DNA of 64,000 nucleotides from Mizuhopecten yessoensis (taxonomy: Eukaryota), in assembly GCF_002113885.1 (NCBI RefSeq), contig NW_018407883.1, positions 1,168,396 through 1,232,395 of the forward strand, read 5' to 3'. Shown here one piece after another: positions 22,371 to 37,669 of the stretch. Under the pieces are notes generated by a model. It saw nothing but the letters and a program-made list of their open reading frames with translations, was not told the DNA's origin and did not search any database. Every line of letters begins with the position of its first letter. Position 1 is the first letter of the stretch. The position numbers and the translations under genes are program-made.

Positions 22371-25300
22371 ATGAATATTTAATGGTCTGCGACTTTCTGA
22401 GCTGGTGGAGATTTCCTCAAAAGTAATTGGCCTAACACGTTATATAAATGTAATACCATTTGAATAAAACATTCATAATAGATTGAAATTGCTTCTTTTC
22501 AACTTTTAAATTTTTTGATAAGTTTATACATGTAACGTCTTTAAGAAATTGGCAACCATGGTGCCATTTTGGACTTTGGACCGACCTTAAAACACTTGGG
22601 CAGCATTATCTTTGGCAAGTTTAAAACAATATACCTACCAGTAGAATGTCAGAGGAAGTTTGAATTGTATATGGTCTTGGGGAAACGAGAGAATGCACAA
22701 TCATATGATCATTAGCATTGAGTAGTGATCCTGTCAGCCATTTGCAGCCATCTTCATTCTGAAATTCCCTAACTGCAAATACATGTACCCTTACTATTTT
22801 CATAAAATCATTTAACACATGTAGTGTCAAAATATATGTCAACTCTGCTTTTGCCATCTTAAATTTCTTTTCAATGTGTACGTTTCGCACGATCTCGATA
22901 CAGGAGTAAACGCCTGGATCACTTGACGAATTAAGCAATGTAAACGTGTTTTTACTTTGAGTGCCAGATTCCAAAACGGTATGAAAACTTGCTCAACTCT
23001 TGAGCAAATCGAGTTGCTTCATACCCTCCTAGAACTAGTATTTGTATTTGGATTGAATGGATTTTTTTCATGTACATTGCGGCAATGAATAGCAGTAGCT
23101 GATCTACATATCATGTGGAGCGCGTTACTGCTGTATTGATGTTCTTTTTTTGCACAAACAATTAATTTGACATTTTTAATGAACACCTTGTATTTTTGTC
23201 GTATCTCCGGCACATTTTTATGTTCAGAAACAATTCTACATTTTTTTACAAGTCGATGTTACTGATGAAATCCTTCGATGTCCCACATACTATTTTGATA
23301 TTTTCATTTTTCTCGAACTAAAACTTGTTTCCATATAGTACGTGCACTTGGTTATTTGTCTTAAGCTTCAAAATAGCATCAATTTATACTGATAAGTCCG
23401 TATATATATATATACCAGGCATTTTTTGACGTTCACAACATGTTGTGACGCGACTGTGACGTCACTTTTAACATGCGTCATCGTAGTGTTGACAATACGT
23501 TCTCTGAAACCAATTCGGATTTTCTGCAGCTACACCACCTATTTAGAATATTTTGATATTGTTTCTTCTTATTCCTACAGTTCTTTGCACATTTTTTTAT
23601 TTGTAATTACATTGAAGGCATGGACACATAATATATATATTTGATGTAGTGTACGTATTTCATGCATTTATGTCACTTTTAAAACAAGTTCAAATACAAA
23701 GAAATTTCCTTTCCGAATTTTTCAGCAAACACAAAGAATAAAAAATTCTTCGAATTTTCATCTCGAAATATTGTCATAATTTTCCGTTACCTGATTTTTA
23801 AGAGCATGATTTAATTTTTAAAGGCGTATTATGCTGTGCCATCTCCGTCTTCACCTTACCAAATTGTTTTAGAGATAACTATGCAGTACATTCTCTCACA
23901 GTAATTGTGTGTATACATATTTTTTTGTAATATAATCCACTATTGGTTAAGAATGACTGAATGAAAAACAGTGGAAATGCGGCATGAAATAAACAGTAGA
24001 GTATAATTATGGATAGGAGGATATTTTGGCCTATAACTGACATTATTTCGTGCAAGTATAAATACATGTAGTTTCAAGAGGAACACCAGATTAAGGCCAA
24101 GGTCATTTTTTATTTTTAAATGTATTCATCATTGGATATCCATAAATTAAGGTTATCATTATCCTACATACAATATATCACTGTTAAAATTAGCATCAAT
24201 TCTTGAGTAAGTCCTTTGATTCTTTTCAATGCATGTATTGACAAACACTAGGGTAAAAATTTGTGTAAATCAACTTTATTATTTTTCGACTGCCCAGCAT
24301 GTAGCGTCATGATCACTTTTTAACAGAATGATTTACAAATAAGAATATTTCAATAAAGTAAATATATGTACCTTGAAAAATGGAATGGAGTAATAACAGA
24401 TTCAAAAACTACACTATGAAATTTGTTTGTTTAGAGTTTTGCATCATTGCAACAGCTAAGAAAAGAAAGTCGAGAACAAAAAATAGATAGAAGTACAAAA
24501 TCATCCCTCTGAATATCGCCAATTCTTGATTTGCAAGTATTTCTGAGGTGCTTTGAAAACAACGAACCAGGGCAGATCCATTGTGGTAGGGTTGAATATG
24601 GGGTTAGGGCAACTTAGGGCAGACCGGGACAAGTTCGGCCCTGGGGTAACTCCGGCCACTCCTGATATTTTTGGTCTTAAGCAAATATTTACAACTTTGA
24701 GGATCTAAGCAGTGCAGTTCACTAGGCAGGACGTTCATATGGAAAAAACGTGGGAAAATATAACTTTAGATTACTAAAACCAAGAAAATCATTTTTTGGA
24801 TGGGTAAAACAAAAATCATGACCTCAGCTTTGCAAACTTTCTGTAAATCGAAATGCTACTTATTATTGATATGTCATACGTGTAACAGACCGACAGCTTC
24901 ACATGATGGTATTTATGTAGAGTAGAGCATTGAGTTTTGTATTGCTATGAATATCAATTTAGGGCAGATTCGTCCAATGACACAGAGGCAGGTCGGCCCA
25001 TGCCATACCAGGGAAGCTGTGAAATTGGAGGGAAAATATGACGTTGCATGCTTTATGACGTCACAATTTTGCTAATTTCAATGTGGGCCGAACTTACCCC
25101 AGATATGTGATGCCTCACGTGAGAAATCCTAAGCTAAACCCCCCCTCCTCCTCATGTTATAAGTATTATTTTTAACTTTAAATTAGAAAGAATAATAAAA
25201 TGGTACAATGGTGCACCATTTATGATTTTCGCTGGTAGATTTAGATTTGGTCGCTGTACCAGCCATATTGAGGGGTTTCCACATGGATTTAAATAGTTTG

Positions 25301-25740
25301 TGTACTTTGATTGGCTCGCTAACATACTTTACACGCAGTGATTGGTTACCTGCTGTCTGTGATGTCCCTATTCATAGAGGTACAAGTGGGGAAATTAATT
25401 GCAAACAAAATGTGATAGATAAAGTCAGAGGGGTCCGAATATTCATACAGGATTGTTGGACATTGTTCCGCTTTTCCACGCACGGCGGCGTTGTTGTTTG
25501 GTTATGGGTGGAAATTTATTAAATCAGAGAACTCCGAATTGGCATATGGTGTGCCATTTCAGGGTGATACTAATACCGTGAGAACCAAGCGGAAAACCAG
25601 GATCATGTGCTTTAATGTGTTTCTTTAATGTTTTTAGTGCAACTACCTTAATGAATTGATATCACATGAATAAAAATGTATTTTAGCACAAGTTTATATC
25701 AAAATATACATTGCATAATACTAAAATAATTATCCTGTCC

Positions 25741-25992
25741 TGGGCCCGTATTCATGAAACCGTTCTCATGCTCAAGTATGGATTCTATGCTCAAGCCTAT
25801 ATTCTTGTTCTTGTTGTAACTTAATAAATATATCTTGTTTATCAATGATTTGGAAACATTTTGAAGAGACTTGAAGCTAAATACTGTTTCAATGTTTACA
25901 TCTGACATTTTGATCGTTTGAAATGATTTAAGCGAGTTACAAGAAAGTCGGTTTGAGCACAGAATTCATGCTTGAGCATGAGAACGGTTTAA
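25741..25992. mobile_element. MITE with inverted termini (Harbinger-like)
   Basis: aaaccgttctcatgctcaag (~25758) is inverted as cttgagcatgagaacggttt (~25971); starts gggcccgtattcatga. Confidence 0.55.
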
Positions 25993-26334
25993 TTAAAAAA
26001 AAATGTCCTGGCAGGATTTGGGTCACTAAATTATTATTTTTATTATTTCTTACAACCACGAAATCTCTGAGAAGGGGAGATAACTCTTATCAGAAACGGT
26101 ACTATGCGTAGTAATCAGCTGACTGGTTGCACGAGAATCGTTTTATTCATAGTGTATTGGTATAATGACAGTTGTTTTCAGTTGGTAGATTCATGAACAG
26201 AACAAACATCAAGAATGTAAAAATATTTGTATATGGGGAGAGTGCATTGGACGCCATTAGTTTGGAGTCTTTTTCGAAATAACTTCCCGAGGACCTTTTT
26301 TGATCAATCTCTTCTTTTGTTTTTATATGAAGTT

Positions 26335-26830
26335 GAATTTATTGATGTTCTTATCAGGACTGGTAACACAAAGCCTAGCAAAGTCCTTCAATTTCACATT
26401 TAGATACTAGGCTGTACGATAAGCGGGAGGATTTCACTTTCCGATCGCGAACTTTACATTCTCGATAGCAACATCACTGCTCCCCATCTACGGTGTTTAC
26501 AATTGTACATATCGCAAATGATTCGGTACTCAAGAGCTTGCTCCGAATATCACGACTTCCGTGATAGATATGACAACAGAGGGTTTCCAAGGATGCCAGT
26601 TGATGAAGACTATCGACAAGTGTTCGTCGACATCAGGATCTCACAGAGAAATAGGCTATTTCTGTGTGTGGTATGAAGGTCGATCTTTTTAATTATGCTC
26701 ATTAGAGTGCCTTGTGGTTTGTTGTCACTAATCGGGTTCTCGTTGTGAGGACGTGACATTACTTCGTTTCGACTTAGATTTACATGGTGGGTTTCACCGA
26801 TGAAGCAGAAGACGCTTACCCCTGGTTATA
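26335..26830 (+). pseudogene. Penelope-like retroelement RT fragment
   Basis: Encodes with disruptions KSFNFTFRY..LYDKREDFHFPIANFTFLDSNI..YGVY..SQMIRYSRACSEYHDF. Confidence 0.7.
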
Positions 26831-28670
26831 TTCTCCTTGTACTGTTTCATTGGTTTACATGTAAATCATGTCTTTGATCATACTTGGCACAAACCCAACA
26901 ATAGTCTGTATATATTCAGTATATGTCAGCAGTATCAACCACATTGTATAAAGATTCAATTTATTGTCAGTATATAATTTTGTTCTACTTTGCACTATCA
27001 ATTTTGTGATTATTTAATATATTTAATATAACAATTACATTTTTTTCTGGAAAGTCCGCTGCATTGTACTACATATTATTGTAAGAAGCAACTATTCCAG
27101 CTTCCCCACAGAATCAGGGATTTTGTGTTTTCTGCTAGATGGACATTGAACATCCAACACTTGGGATCTATTTTTTTATCACTAGCCTCTTCCTCTTTTT
27201 GCTAATATCTCCCTAAGTGTCCGTCCTCATTTCACCCTACACTGTGTAGGTGATGCGGAGCGTAAACACACCATACAAAAACCAACATAAAATACAACCA
27301 GATTTGTACACGTTACCAGCCACATTCGTTAGTGTACGAAAATAATGGTTTGTTACACTAAGGGCCATAATGCAACACTTCGTTCGTTTGATTGTGGTTT
27401 AATGTCTTTACAACAATAGGATCATATGAAGATTTTATACAACTTTCAACATATTTTACCCATTATGCAATAGAACTTGGACTAGTTTAGACTATCATGA
27501 ACAAAATCCTGTTAAATATCTTTCACGTAATTCTAGATTTTGGATCCTTGTTATTTAAAATAAGGATTTTGTTCATGTTAACAAAAGCATTCATTTCAGC
27601 TTCGATTTTTGCTATCATAGTGAATAACAATAACAACAGAACTAATGATAACAGTTGACAAAAATATTAAGCCGCTTTTGAAAAATATGAACTCTGCTCT
27701 ATAAATTTTCTCATAATTTTCTCTAAATGTTGAAAATTGTTTAAATGAATACAGAATGTCTGTCTGTCTGGCTGGCTGGCTGGCTGGCTTAATAAAACCA
27801 GAGTACTAATTAACAGAAAGTAACTAATTTTGTAACAAAATTAAACAACAACTGTATAAAACCTATAATCAGGCATCACAATATACTAGCACAAATACAT
27901 AGTTTCAAGTTTTATTCAAACTTTGGGCCATTGGCCCATCAGTATANACATAACTAGACCACAAAATTTTGGATCCATGACTATTAAATAGCACAGAGAA
28001 GTAAATATGGTGGGCTGACAAGGCCAAGGCCATTGAGTCAGTGACGTCACGAAAAGACGAACTTATCAACGTGTTATAACTCTTGTAACCTCTCATAAAC
28101 CAATTAATGTCATGTTTTCATTCTATGTAACGTATTGAAATTAATTCTAGGGAATAATTCTAAATTAAAACTGTATTAACTTGATTTGCAGTTATAACGA
28201 ACTGGAAAATATTAAACGTTTTCTGTGTTCATTTTGAATGATGGAAGAGGAGGAATTAAATGTTTCAAAATGCAATGCATCGTCGTGTGTCGGTTTTGCT
28301 GTTGGTATTTCTTCTTGTGCAAATTGATAATTACAGTATTTCAGCGTTTGTTCGATATGAACATCGTTGCATTTGTTGTGTGGGACAATCAGATAATGCG
28401 TAGAGAAAACGGATGGAAGTGAATAAACAATTTCTTAAATGAATGCATGCCACTCTCAGAAATTGGCAAATATATAACGTTATCGATTGACAGACATATA
28501 CAGATAAAAAAGAACAATTTTTTTCTATCTTCCAAATTTTAATAGATTGAAATTATAAAGCATTAAATATAAATGTAGCAGGAAAATATAAACTTCCTCG
28601 ATGTATAATTATTATCCAGATAATGTCATGTTTCGATATATGATATAACGACTCCTTCCTGGGGATAGCT

Positions 28671-28696
28671 TTATGCCAAAAGCATGCTTACAAGAT
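28671..28696 (-). CDS. Calmodulin-like gene B, last coding exon
   Basis: Acceptor atttttcag, phase 1, giving (H)LVSMLLA*. Length and character parallel the calmodulin C-terminal exon. Confidence 0.7.
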
Positions 28697-29169
28697 CTGA
28701 AAAATAATATATATATATATATGTATTAAAACACAATCGTCGAGTGAAACAGGTTAAACGTATGGCTAAACGGGTCACGAATAGCTATCCTATTATACCA
28801 CAACAAGTATAAATTAATATAGTCCAGGTCGTGGGTACTTCTATAAATTGAAATAAGTTGTAGACTAAAATTAGAAATTGCACGTTGATATCACGCGAGG
28901 CGCATTAACATCATCTTCGAAATAGATAACGGGATTATGATTCTGTTTCAAAACAATCACACGTCAGATACATATTTTTAAAACATAAATGAAATTCGTC
29001 ATCACATACTTGTGCTTTTACAAAATGACACACAGAGTATATATCATCGTGAAGATTTTATTTTGATTTCACACCGTCTTAAAAAACGAAGGTCACTTTT
29101 GGACAAATCTTTATCAATATGGTCACAATTATTATAACATTTACTGCAGTATCTAAGGCGAAAACTTAC

Positions 29170-29403
29170 GGGTTATTTCTATTTTGCCGTCTCTGTCCGA
29201 ATCCCGTAGTTTGTCGATGACGTCATGTTTAATTCTAGAGTCGGCCTTGATAATGGTTTGTAGTTGATCAACAGTAACTGTTCCGTCACGGTCGTGATCG
29301 TACACTCGGAACGCCTCGCGTAACTTCTCCTCTTCCATTCGGACCTGAGGAAGACGATGGGTCAAGGTAGTTTTGTAGTCTGTCCATGCGACGTAGCCGC
29401 TTC
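29170..29403 (-). CDS. Calmodulin-like gene B, exon encoding the end of EF2 through EF4 (234 nt)
   Basis: atttcag|...|gtaagt; SGYVAWTDY...LREAFRVYDHDRDGTVTVDQL...DSDRDGKIEIT. Confidence 0.9.
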
Positions 29404-29584
29404 CTGAAATATATCAGTTCAGTTACTGCACAACTGAATAACAAGTAAATAAGCTGTGCGCCGATGTTTCTTGTTAATGGGTCGCAAATGACATCAATGT
29501 ATGGAAACATATGTCCACGTCATGTGACCCATAATTCGGAGCAGGCGCCTTCCGCAACAGGTTGCGATCATACAAGGCCATACA

Positions 29585-29755
29585 GTTTGTTTGTTTGTTT
29601 GATTTTGTTTAACGTCCTATTAACAGCTAAGGTCATTTAAGGACGGCCTCCCCTGTGTGCAAGATGCATGCGTGTAGTGTATGTGTGTGTATTTTGGGAG
29701 GCTGCGATATGTTCGTGTTTGTCTTCTTGTAATAGCGCGGAACTGATGCCGANTA
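29585..29755 (-). mobile_element. Meta-type SINE 3' fragment in gene B intron
   Basis: Near-identical to 48553-48720 (gtttaacgtcctattaacagctaaggtcatttaaggacggcctcccctgtgtgc). Confidence 0.7.
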
Positions 29756-30864
29756 CAGACATAGTAATAATAATACTAATATTTTGTAAGTGTAACAAAT
29801 TATATAAAGCAATTGTCATTAAATCAACATGGAAACCATGAAATCTTCTTCATCACTGCTATGTACATGTATGCGTAACAGGGGCGGTTGTTTTGTGCCG
29901 TTTCCGGTTTATGCTTCGACCAATTTCAGAGAAACAGAACACTTTGGTAAGGCAGATTTGGCTGTTTCCATACTTGTTCTTGTCATTTATGCTATGAAAC
30001 ATTGTGCACTGGCCTTTTCCTGTAATGTAAACACTATTTTGCAGTGTTAATGGTGGAGAACGTTATTATAAAGGCATTAATTGTTCCAACATTCAACGGT
30101 TGTCGAACTGTTCAGTCATCAAAACATTGGTAATTCAAAAGTCCCGCGGTATTTAGTCATTAAGGAGTTTTGTTTCCTCTCCCTATTGTTGTTTTGTTCA
30201 TGAAATAGGCTGATAAAAGAGGAGTGAATGGTGACTTTTTGAACTTTTATCAAGGTGAACACAGTTGTTTATAGAAATGTTTGGCGCTGGATGGTCTGCA
30301 CTGCAGGAAACAATAAATGACAGTAACAAGCATGAAAACAGCTCCGTTAATCCGCTCCGTTACTATGCTCCGTTTCTCTGCTCCGTTTATACGCTTCGTT
30401 ATCATGCAGTCGGAACGTAAACAGGAAACGGCACGAAACAACCGCTGTCTGTCGTACACGGCTACACGACAGTATTATTGGTCAATGTATATGTGTTATA
30501 GAGGCTACACAGTTACATTTTATGGGTTCCTTGATAAGTTACTGTCAGTTGCTGGACAGAGTGTGTAGTAATGTACAACACACATGTGTACATGTATGGG
30601 TCCATCTAACGATTAGTACTGCACGAGGACAATAAATGTGACGTCAGGCGAACATCTGTGAGGCAAGGTTTTTATACATATAATATGTAACTACATGTAT
30701 AATAATGCATACGAAGCTGGAAAAAAGATCTAAGAAATCCATTCGTGAACATTATTTGCATTCAAATATCATGCATGTACGTTCTTGGTTCCGCTTTAGA
30801 GGTTGAGATGTTCTGGTCTTAACAAGAAAAACCCAAATTGTTTTAAACTGGAAAAGACACTCAC

Positions 30865-31035
30865 GATGTGGGTCAGCCTCGTCCAGTATGGCATCTGCAG
30901 CCTTGTCGTCAGGGTTGAAGCCGATTCCGTGAGTAAACATGATGAATTCGTCCCGCGTGAGTCGACCGTCATTGTCTTCGTCTAAGAAGTCAAACAGGTC
31001 ATGTGCTTTCTCGAAAGCTTCAGCATCCGGGTTCT
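30865..31035 (-). CDS. Calmodulin-like gene B, EF1 exon (171 nt)
   Basis: ttcttcag|...|gtgagt; NPDAEAFEKAHDLFDFLDEDNDGRLTRDEFIMFTHGIGFNPDDKAADAILDEADPH. Same length and phase as the gene A exon at 46105-46275. Confidence 0.9.
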
Positions 31036-31507
31036 CTGAAGAAATAAATCCGTTCTGATGTTGTCAGTGCTTCATTTACAATGAATTGAATACAAGTAAA
31101 GTTAATGGTATTGGACATGAGTTACACCTCAGCACATAGAATGGTAATATCACTGTGTTCAAAGGCTAACGTCAACATAGGAATAACAGATTTCCAATAA
31201 TCCAGATCATCGAAGCATACAGTGACACAGAGTACGGTTTTACTTCGGCACTACTTCATAAACAACCTATTGTAACAGTACAAACATATATCATCACTGA
31301 ATGTACAGCCCCCTGAGCGTCGTAATAGCGGCGAAAAGATGCATAAAGACAATAGAACATACCCTGATTTGGTTACATTTCAATTTCATTTGAAGGATAC
31401 ATTTTGGCCTAAGATTTTTAAAACCATTATTCACACTTTGACATATTTTGATACACTTTATTATAATGAAGAAAGGTACTTATCACTCCAATCGTGTAAC
31501 AGCCTAC

Positions 31508-31669
31508 NNNNNNNNNNNNNNNNNNNNNNNNNNNNNNNNNNNNNNNNNNNNNNNNNNNNNNNNNNNNNNNNNNNNNNNNNNNNNNNNNNNNNNNNNNNNN
31601 NNNNNNNNNNNNNNNNNNNNNNNNNNNNNNNNNNNNNNNNNNNNNNNNNNNNNNNNNNNNNNNNNNNNN
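31508..31669. other. Assembly gap (N run)
   Basis: Run of n characters. Confidence 1.
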
Positions 31670-31871
31670 GTCGGAATTATTTGCTGAAATAGAATAGAAA
31701 TTTATCCTTGAATTTTAGACTTGCTCGATTTGGCATTCCATCCACACTATCAAGAGTGACATATACATTCAAATATCAGGCTTGTCTAATAATTGATTTC
31801 AAATAAAACATTTAAAAAAACCATTGTGCGCTCACCTGAACGACATGTTTATGCTAATGTAGTTTCACATC

Positions 31872-32920
31872 ATTAAATCATATCCTTACAACACACTGAT
31901 AGTAATGTAGACGTAAAATCATATCCGTACAACACACTGATACTAATGTAGACGTACAATCATATCCGCACAACACCCGGATACTAATGTAGACGTAAAA
32001 TCATATCCGTTCGACACACTGATAGTAATGTAGACGTAAAATCATATCCTTTCAACACACTGATACTAATGTAGACCTAAAATCATACCCGTTCGACACA
32101 CTGATACTAATGTAGACGTAAAATCATTTATGTACAACACACTGACACTAATGTAGATGTAAAATAATATATGTACAACACACTGATAGTAATGTAGACG
32201 TTAAATCATATCTTTTCAACACACTGATACTAATGTAGACGTACAATCATATCCGTACAACACACTTATACTAGTGTAAACGTAAAATCATACCGTTCGA
32301 CACACTGATACTAATGTAAACGTAAAATCATACCGTTCGACACACTGATACTAATGTAGACGTAAAATCATACCTGTTCGACACACTGATACTAATGTAG
32401 ACGTAAAATTATATCTGTACAACACACTGATACTAATGTAGACGTAAAATTATATCTGTACAACACACTGATACTAATGTAGACGTAAAATCATATCTGC
32501 ACAACACACTGATAGTAATGTAGACGTAAAATCATATCCTTTCAACACACTGATACTAATGTAGACGTAAAATCTTATCCGTTCAACACACTAATAGTAA
32601 TGTTGACGCTAAATCATATCTGTACAACACACTGATAGTAATGTAGACGTAAAATCAAATCCTTTCAACACACTGATACTAATGTAGACGTAAATTCATA
32701 TCTGTTCAACACACTGATAGTAATGTAGACGTAAAATCATATCTGTACAACACACTGATACTAATGTAGACGTACAATCATATCTGTACAACACACTGAT
32801 AGTAATGTAGACGTTACTATATATACACATATATACAACACATTGATACTTTTGGTTTTGTAGACGTAAAATCTTACCCCCAGTACAACAAACTGTTACA
32901 TGCTGTTTTATAGACGTATA
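31872..32920. repeat. 41-bp tandem repeat, ~25 copies
   Basis: Unit acaacacactgatactaatgtagacgtaaaatcatatccgt. Confidence 0.95.
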
Positions 32921-33223
32921 AAGGAAACATGTCGGTTATTTGTTGAAGTGTTTATGCTATACTCATCTGTTTTATTAATTGATTGCTTGAAAGGTTATCA
33001 ATAATTGAAACTGAATGGAATGTTCGAAATCTCCCGGTCCTACTCCGATCGCCAGATTGATATAATATAGGTACCCAACTCATTAAAAGTGATACTAATT
33101 ACCTGTCAATATGCATGATTTATGATTTATTTGATATATTGCCAGCGCCAATTTCCACACGGCTTTTACTTCAAAGAGTAATAGCGCGAATGTTTCCGCA
33201 CGGGAGAATTCCATCTTTTGTAT

Positions 33224-33410
33224 TTCGTCTTTTCGTATGGCAGAGTTATCTGCTATTGTGAGCAGGTATTGATTGTTACGTCATTAGTTTGTGTGAGAAA
33301 ATTACGTCGTTTTCTCAAAAATGTATGACGTTACTCTCACCAACAAATGACGTAATAATCAATACTTGCTCACAAGAGCAGATAACTCTGCCATACGAAA
33401 AGACGGTAAT
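33224..33410. mobile_element. ~185-bp fold-back MITE (family also at 50587, 54956, 55104, 59266)
   Basis: ttcgtcttttcgtatggcagagttatc ... gataactctgccatacgaaaagacgg. Confidence 0.75.
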
Positions 33411-35471
33411 ACGTAGTAATTGATTCAAACCCGATCCTTAACGAGACCGTTGGGACTTATTTCAGTCCCATTCACTGCTTTGCAACGGCTATGCACGAAT
33501 TGTCCATTTCAAGCGTACATGCATGTTAATGCTGTTCTATTTCTTATGATAGTGCAGGGGGGATGTATATACATCAAATGTTTTTGGCAGTTAATTTGTT
33601 CATTTCCAATGAGACGTTTATAACGGTTTGGTAATTAATTCAATTTAATGAAGCACCTAATATATGCTACAAGTAAAGGAAGGACGGGGCTTTTTCATCT
33701 CTCGTGAGTAAATATTATTCGCCTGAAATTCCCATTTGCACTACAAGAAAGTCGAATAATCAGTATTCAGTCTCGCAATCCATTCTGAAAATAAATCCCA
33801 TCTTTGTCTTCTGTTTACAATACACGGATGAGCTACTCATCTATACTCACCGTAACTAGTCGATACATTGGGGTAAATACGCGTCGCACTAATTGAATAA
33901 ACTAACACAAGCGATTGTATGTGAAGCTGAAACGAAATCTTGACAAATGCAATCTCTTTGATCAAGGTAGGAATCGATAGCGTTTTCTCGTTGAAGAACT
34001 TGGTCGGAGAAATAGGACTTCTTACCGGGGCATACATTGTATAGCGTACGCAGTGTATCAGTATCTTACGGAAGAGGGGGAAGGGGAGAAGGCCTAATAC
34101 TCTTACGTGGTAGGAGGCTTTTGTCTGCTTATAAGATGACACGCTTTTCCAATACTCGGCTTGCTTTGGTTTGGTGGTAATTGAACATTTCCAATCCGTA
34201 TATTCGGTTGAACAGAGGCCTAAATGGTCATCACTGCACATGTACAGCATTACGAGAAATCGCAGATTAAGGATTTCTGTCCCATTGCAAACATACAATA
34301 TATATATAGGTAGAATTCCGTTGAGAGTAGATCAGTTAGTTAGACCAACAGTATACACTATGTAACACAAGGTTCGATCCCCCGTCTGGCCACGACGGTT
34401 TCTTTGTAAAACCGTTGTCTTTATATGTACTTCATAAAAGTCTCGCAAGGTATATTGGTTTATCTATTCGGAAATGATTTATCAAAACTATTAGTCAAAC
34501 TGTGCACCTCCATTAAACGGTATGTAATGTCAAGTACTATCAAATTCGTGTTGTGTATGAATAAAATGGATAATTATTTTGAAATCTAATAAACGGACAC
34601 ATTGTATATGTAGTTCCTATGAGCTTCTTCCTTTTTACATCTCCTTATTTACGCAGCATATCTTTTTTAATTACAGTCTGCTTTATTGAAAATCGGCAAC
34701 ACAATAAACTTTTGTATTGCCCCCGTGTCTCAGTGACTTAATACATGTAAACCCCCGTACGGAGTCATTGCCAATTAACCTAAGCAGCAGATACCTAAAA
34801 CGCTATACGTATTGTCTGTCCCTCCGTCCAACGGGAGTACCTTTAATGTACGGTACCGTTAGACAATACACACATGTTAATTGTCGGGTACACCAAAACA
34901 CACACGCAAATACATGTTTATATTGATATTACGTGTGACAATTAACAACTCGCCACATATTTACAAAGCTACTCCATAAATGTTTGGTATCGGCTATATA
35001 GTTTTGAGCAAGCACCTTCGTTTGTAGTTTTCCACTCCCACGAGGAACTATCGAAGAGAATGATTTCAGAATGAAATTATTTTGCGAAATCGGTATGTTA
35101 TAAATATTATAGTTTTTAACAATAAATATGTTTGTTTCAGATATTTCACACAGTGACTAATAAATCAAACTGTTCACGCACGCTTTATATATAGAGCGAG
35201 ACATCGTTAGTATACGTAACTGACAAATATTACACATATTTCTATCTGAAGTAATTAACTAGTATCCTACCTGAACCGAGATTCCACCGCTAGAGACAAT
35301 GGTTGTTCCAGGTGTACGTACAGGTATACTGCCAGGTATATATATAGACTTACCTTTTCAGAATCGTCTTCTGTTGTAAATAATCACTGCATGGGATCGG
35401 CTAACTAGCACATTTTGTTACCGAGTCACCGAGTGATGGCGTCTCGTCAAGAGAGCGTGTAAACGATAAAC

Positions 35472-36817
35472 AATGTAACTGTGTATCATACATTGTAACT
35501 GTGTATTATACAAGGTAACTGTGTATCATACATTGTAACTGTGTATTATACAAGGTAACTGTGTATCATACATTGTAGCTGTGTATTATTCATTGTAGCT
35601 GTGTAATATACATCGTAACTGTGTATTATACATTGTAACTGTGTATTATACAAGGTAACTGTGTATTATACATTGTAACTGTGTATTACACATTGTAACT
35701 GTGTATCATACATTGTAACTGTGTATTATACATTTTAGCTGTGTAATATACATTGTAACTGTGTATTATACATTGTAACTGTGTATAATACATTGTAACT
35801 GTGTATCATACATTGTAGCTGTGTAAAATACATTGTAACTGTGTATTATACATTGTAACTGTGTATCATACATTGTAACTGTGTATTATACATTGAAACT
35901 GTGTATTATACATTGTAACTGTGTATTATACAAGGTAACTGTGTATCATACATTGTAGCTGTGTAAAATACATTGTAACTGTGTATTATACATTGAAGCT
36001 GTGTATTATACAAGGTAACTGTGTATCATACATTGTAACTGTGTATTATACATTGTAGCTGTGTAATATACATTGTAACTGTGTATTATACATTGTAGCT
36101 GTGTATTATACATTGTAACTGTGTATTACACATTGTTACTGTGTATTATACATTGTAAATTATACATTTTAACTGTGTATTATACATTGTAACTGTGTAT
36201 TATACATTGTAGCTGTGTATTATACTTTGTAACTGTGTATTATACTTTGTAACTGTGTATTATACATTGTTACTGTGTATTATACATTGTAAATTATACA
36301 TTTTAACTGTGTATTACATATTGTAACTGTGTATTATACATTGTAGCTGTGTATTATACTTTGTAACTGTGTATTATACATTGTTACTGTGTATTATACA
36401 TTGTAGCTGTGTAATATACATTGTAACTGTGTAATATACATTGTAACTGTGTATTATACATTGTAGCTGTGTAATATACATTGTAACTGTGTATCATACA
36501 TTGTAACTGTGTATTATACATTGTAGCTGTGTATGATACTTTGTAACTGTGTATTATACATTGTTACTGTGTATTATACATTGTAAATTATACATTTTAA
36601 CTGTGTATTACACATTGTAACTGTGTATTACACATTGTAACTGTGTATTATGCATTGTAACTGTGTAATATTTACTGTAACTGTGTAATATACGTATATA
36701 CAATGTAATTGTGTAATATACGCATATACACTGTAATTGTGTAATATACGTATATACACTGAACTATGTAATATCTGTGTGTGTGTATGCGTGTGTGTGT
36801 GTGTGTGTGTGTGTGTG
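35472..36817. repeat. 20-bp minisatellite (~60 copies) ending in a (GT)n microsatellite
   Basis: Unit cattgtaactgtgtattata; gtgtgt run at ~36776-36817. Confidence 0.95.
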
Positions 36818-37669
36818 AACTGCTTCAAAATCATACTACCTTTTTGCTTAATGAATCAGTGTTCATATGTACACATACTTTATATTAATAATTTATAAAT
36901 TTTACAGATTGCTTCGTAAAATTGACTGATTTGTTGATTAATGTAATGGATTGCTTCGTTAAATTGCCTGATTTGTTGATTTGTTGACTGGTGTAATGGA
37001 ATGATTCGTTAAATTGACTGATTAATTAATCTGTTCACGGGTTTAATGGATTGATTTGCTGTCATCCTGACATATTAAAAAAAATCTATTAGAACATGTG
37101 TAGTACATATGTGGTATGTAAACGGTGGGCAGCCACTTCTACAGTGTGTTACCCTACACCCTAAGAAACCAACACTGTCCAATGTACACATATATACACT
37201 AATACAGCGCTGTACTTATAAGTGATGTATACTCAACGTATTTATGCCATATTTGTGAACTTTAATGTGAAGAGAACAAAGTGGTATTGAAAACTTTTCA
37301 TTAAAAGGACAAACGGGTGGCAGCCATGACCAGCCGTCCGTGACATATGTTTATGGGACACCACACTTTGGGGTCAATTCTGATGTAAAGTGGTATTCCA
37401 ATATTTATCAAAATGTCCAAACAATTACGAAGTTTAAATTCCCCGTATGAATACTTGACTTAAATCACAAGACGGGACGGCAACGTGTCGTAAAAACTGT
37501 GACAGAGATCATTTTGAATTTTCATGAAAAAAAACACCCAGAAAACAATAGCGAAAGTGGCTGGATCATGCAAATTTATACCTCTTAATTAAATCTTAAA
37601 GCACCATGATATCGACAGCTCTGGCAACAGGTACAGGTACATAAACTAAACAGCAATAGCAACACAGCA

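Noticed and set aside
22620-23400. Possible decayed DNA-transposase fragment
   Set aside because: Protein-like patches but no diagnostic motif or termini could be identified by eye.
33837-34298. 153-aa ORF as first exon of gene B
   Set aside because: It ends at a phase-1 donor but has no recognisable protein character or similarity to the gene A N-terminus; left unresolved.
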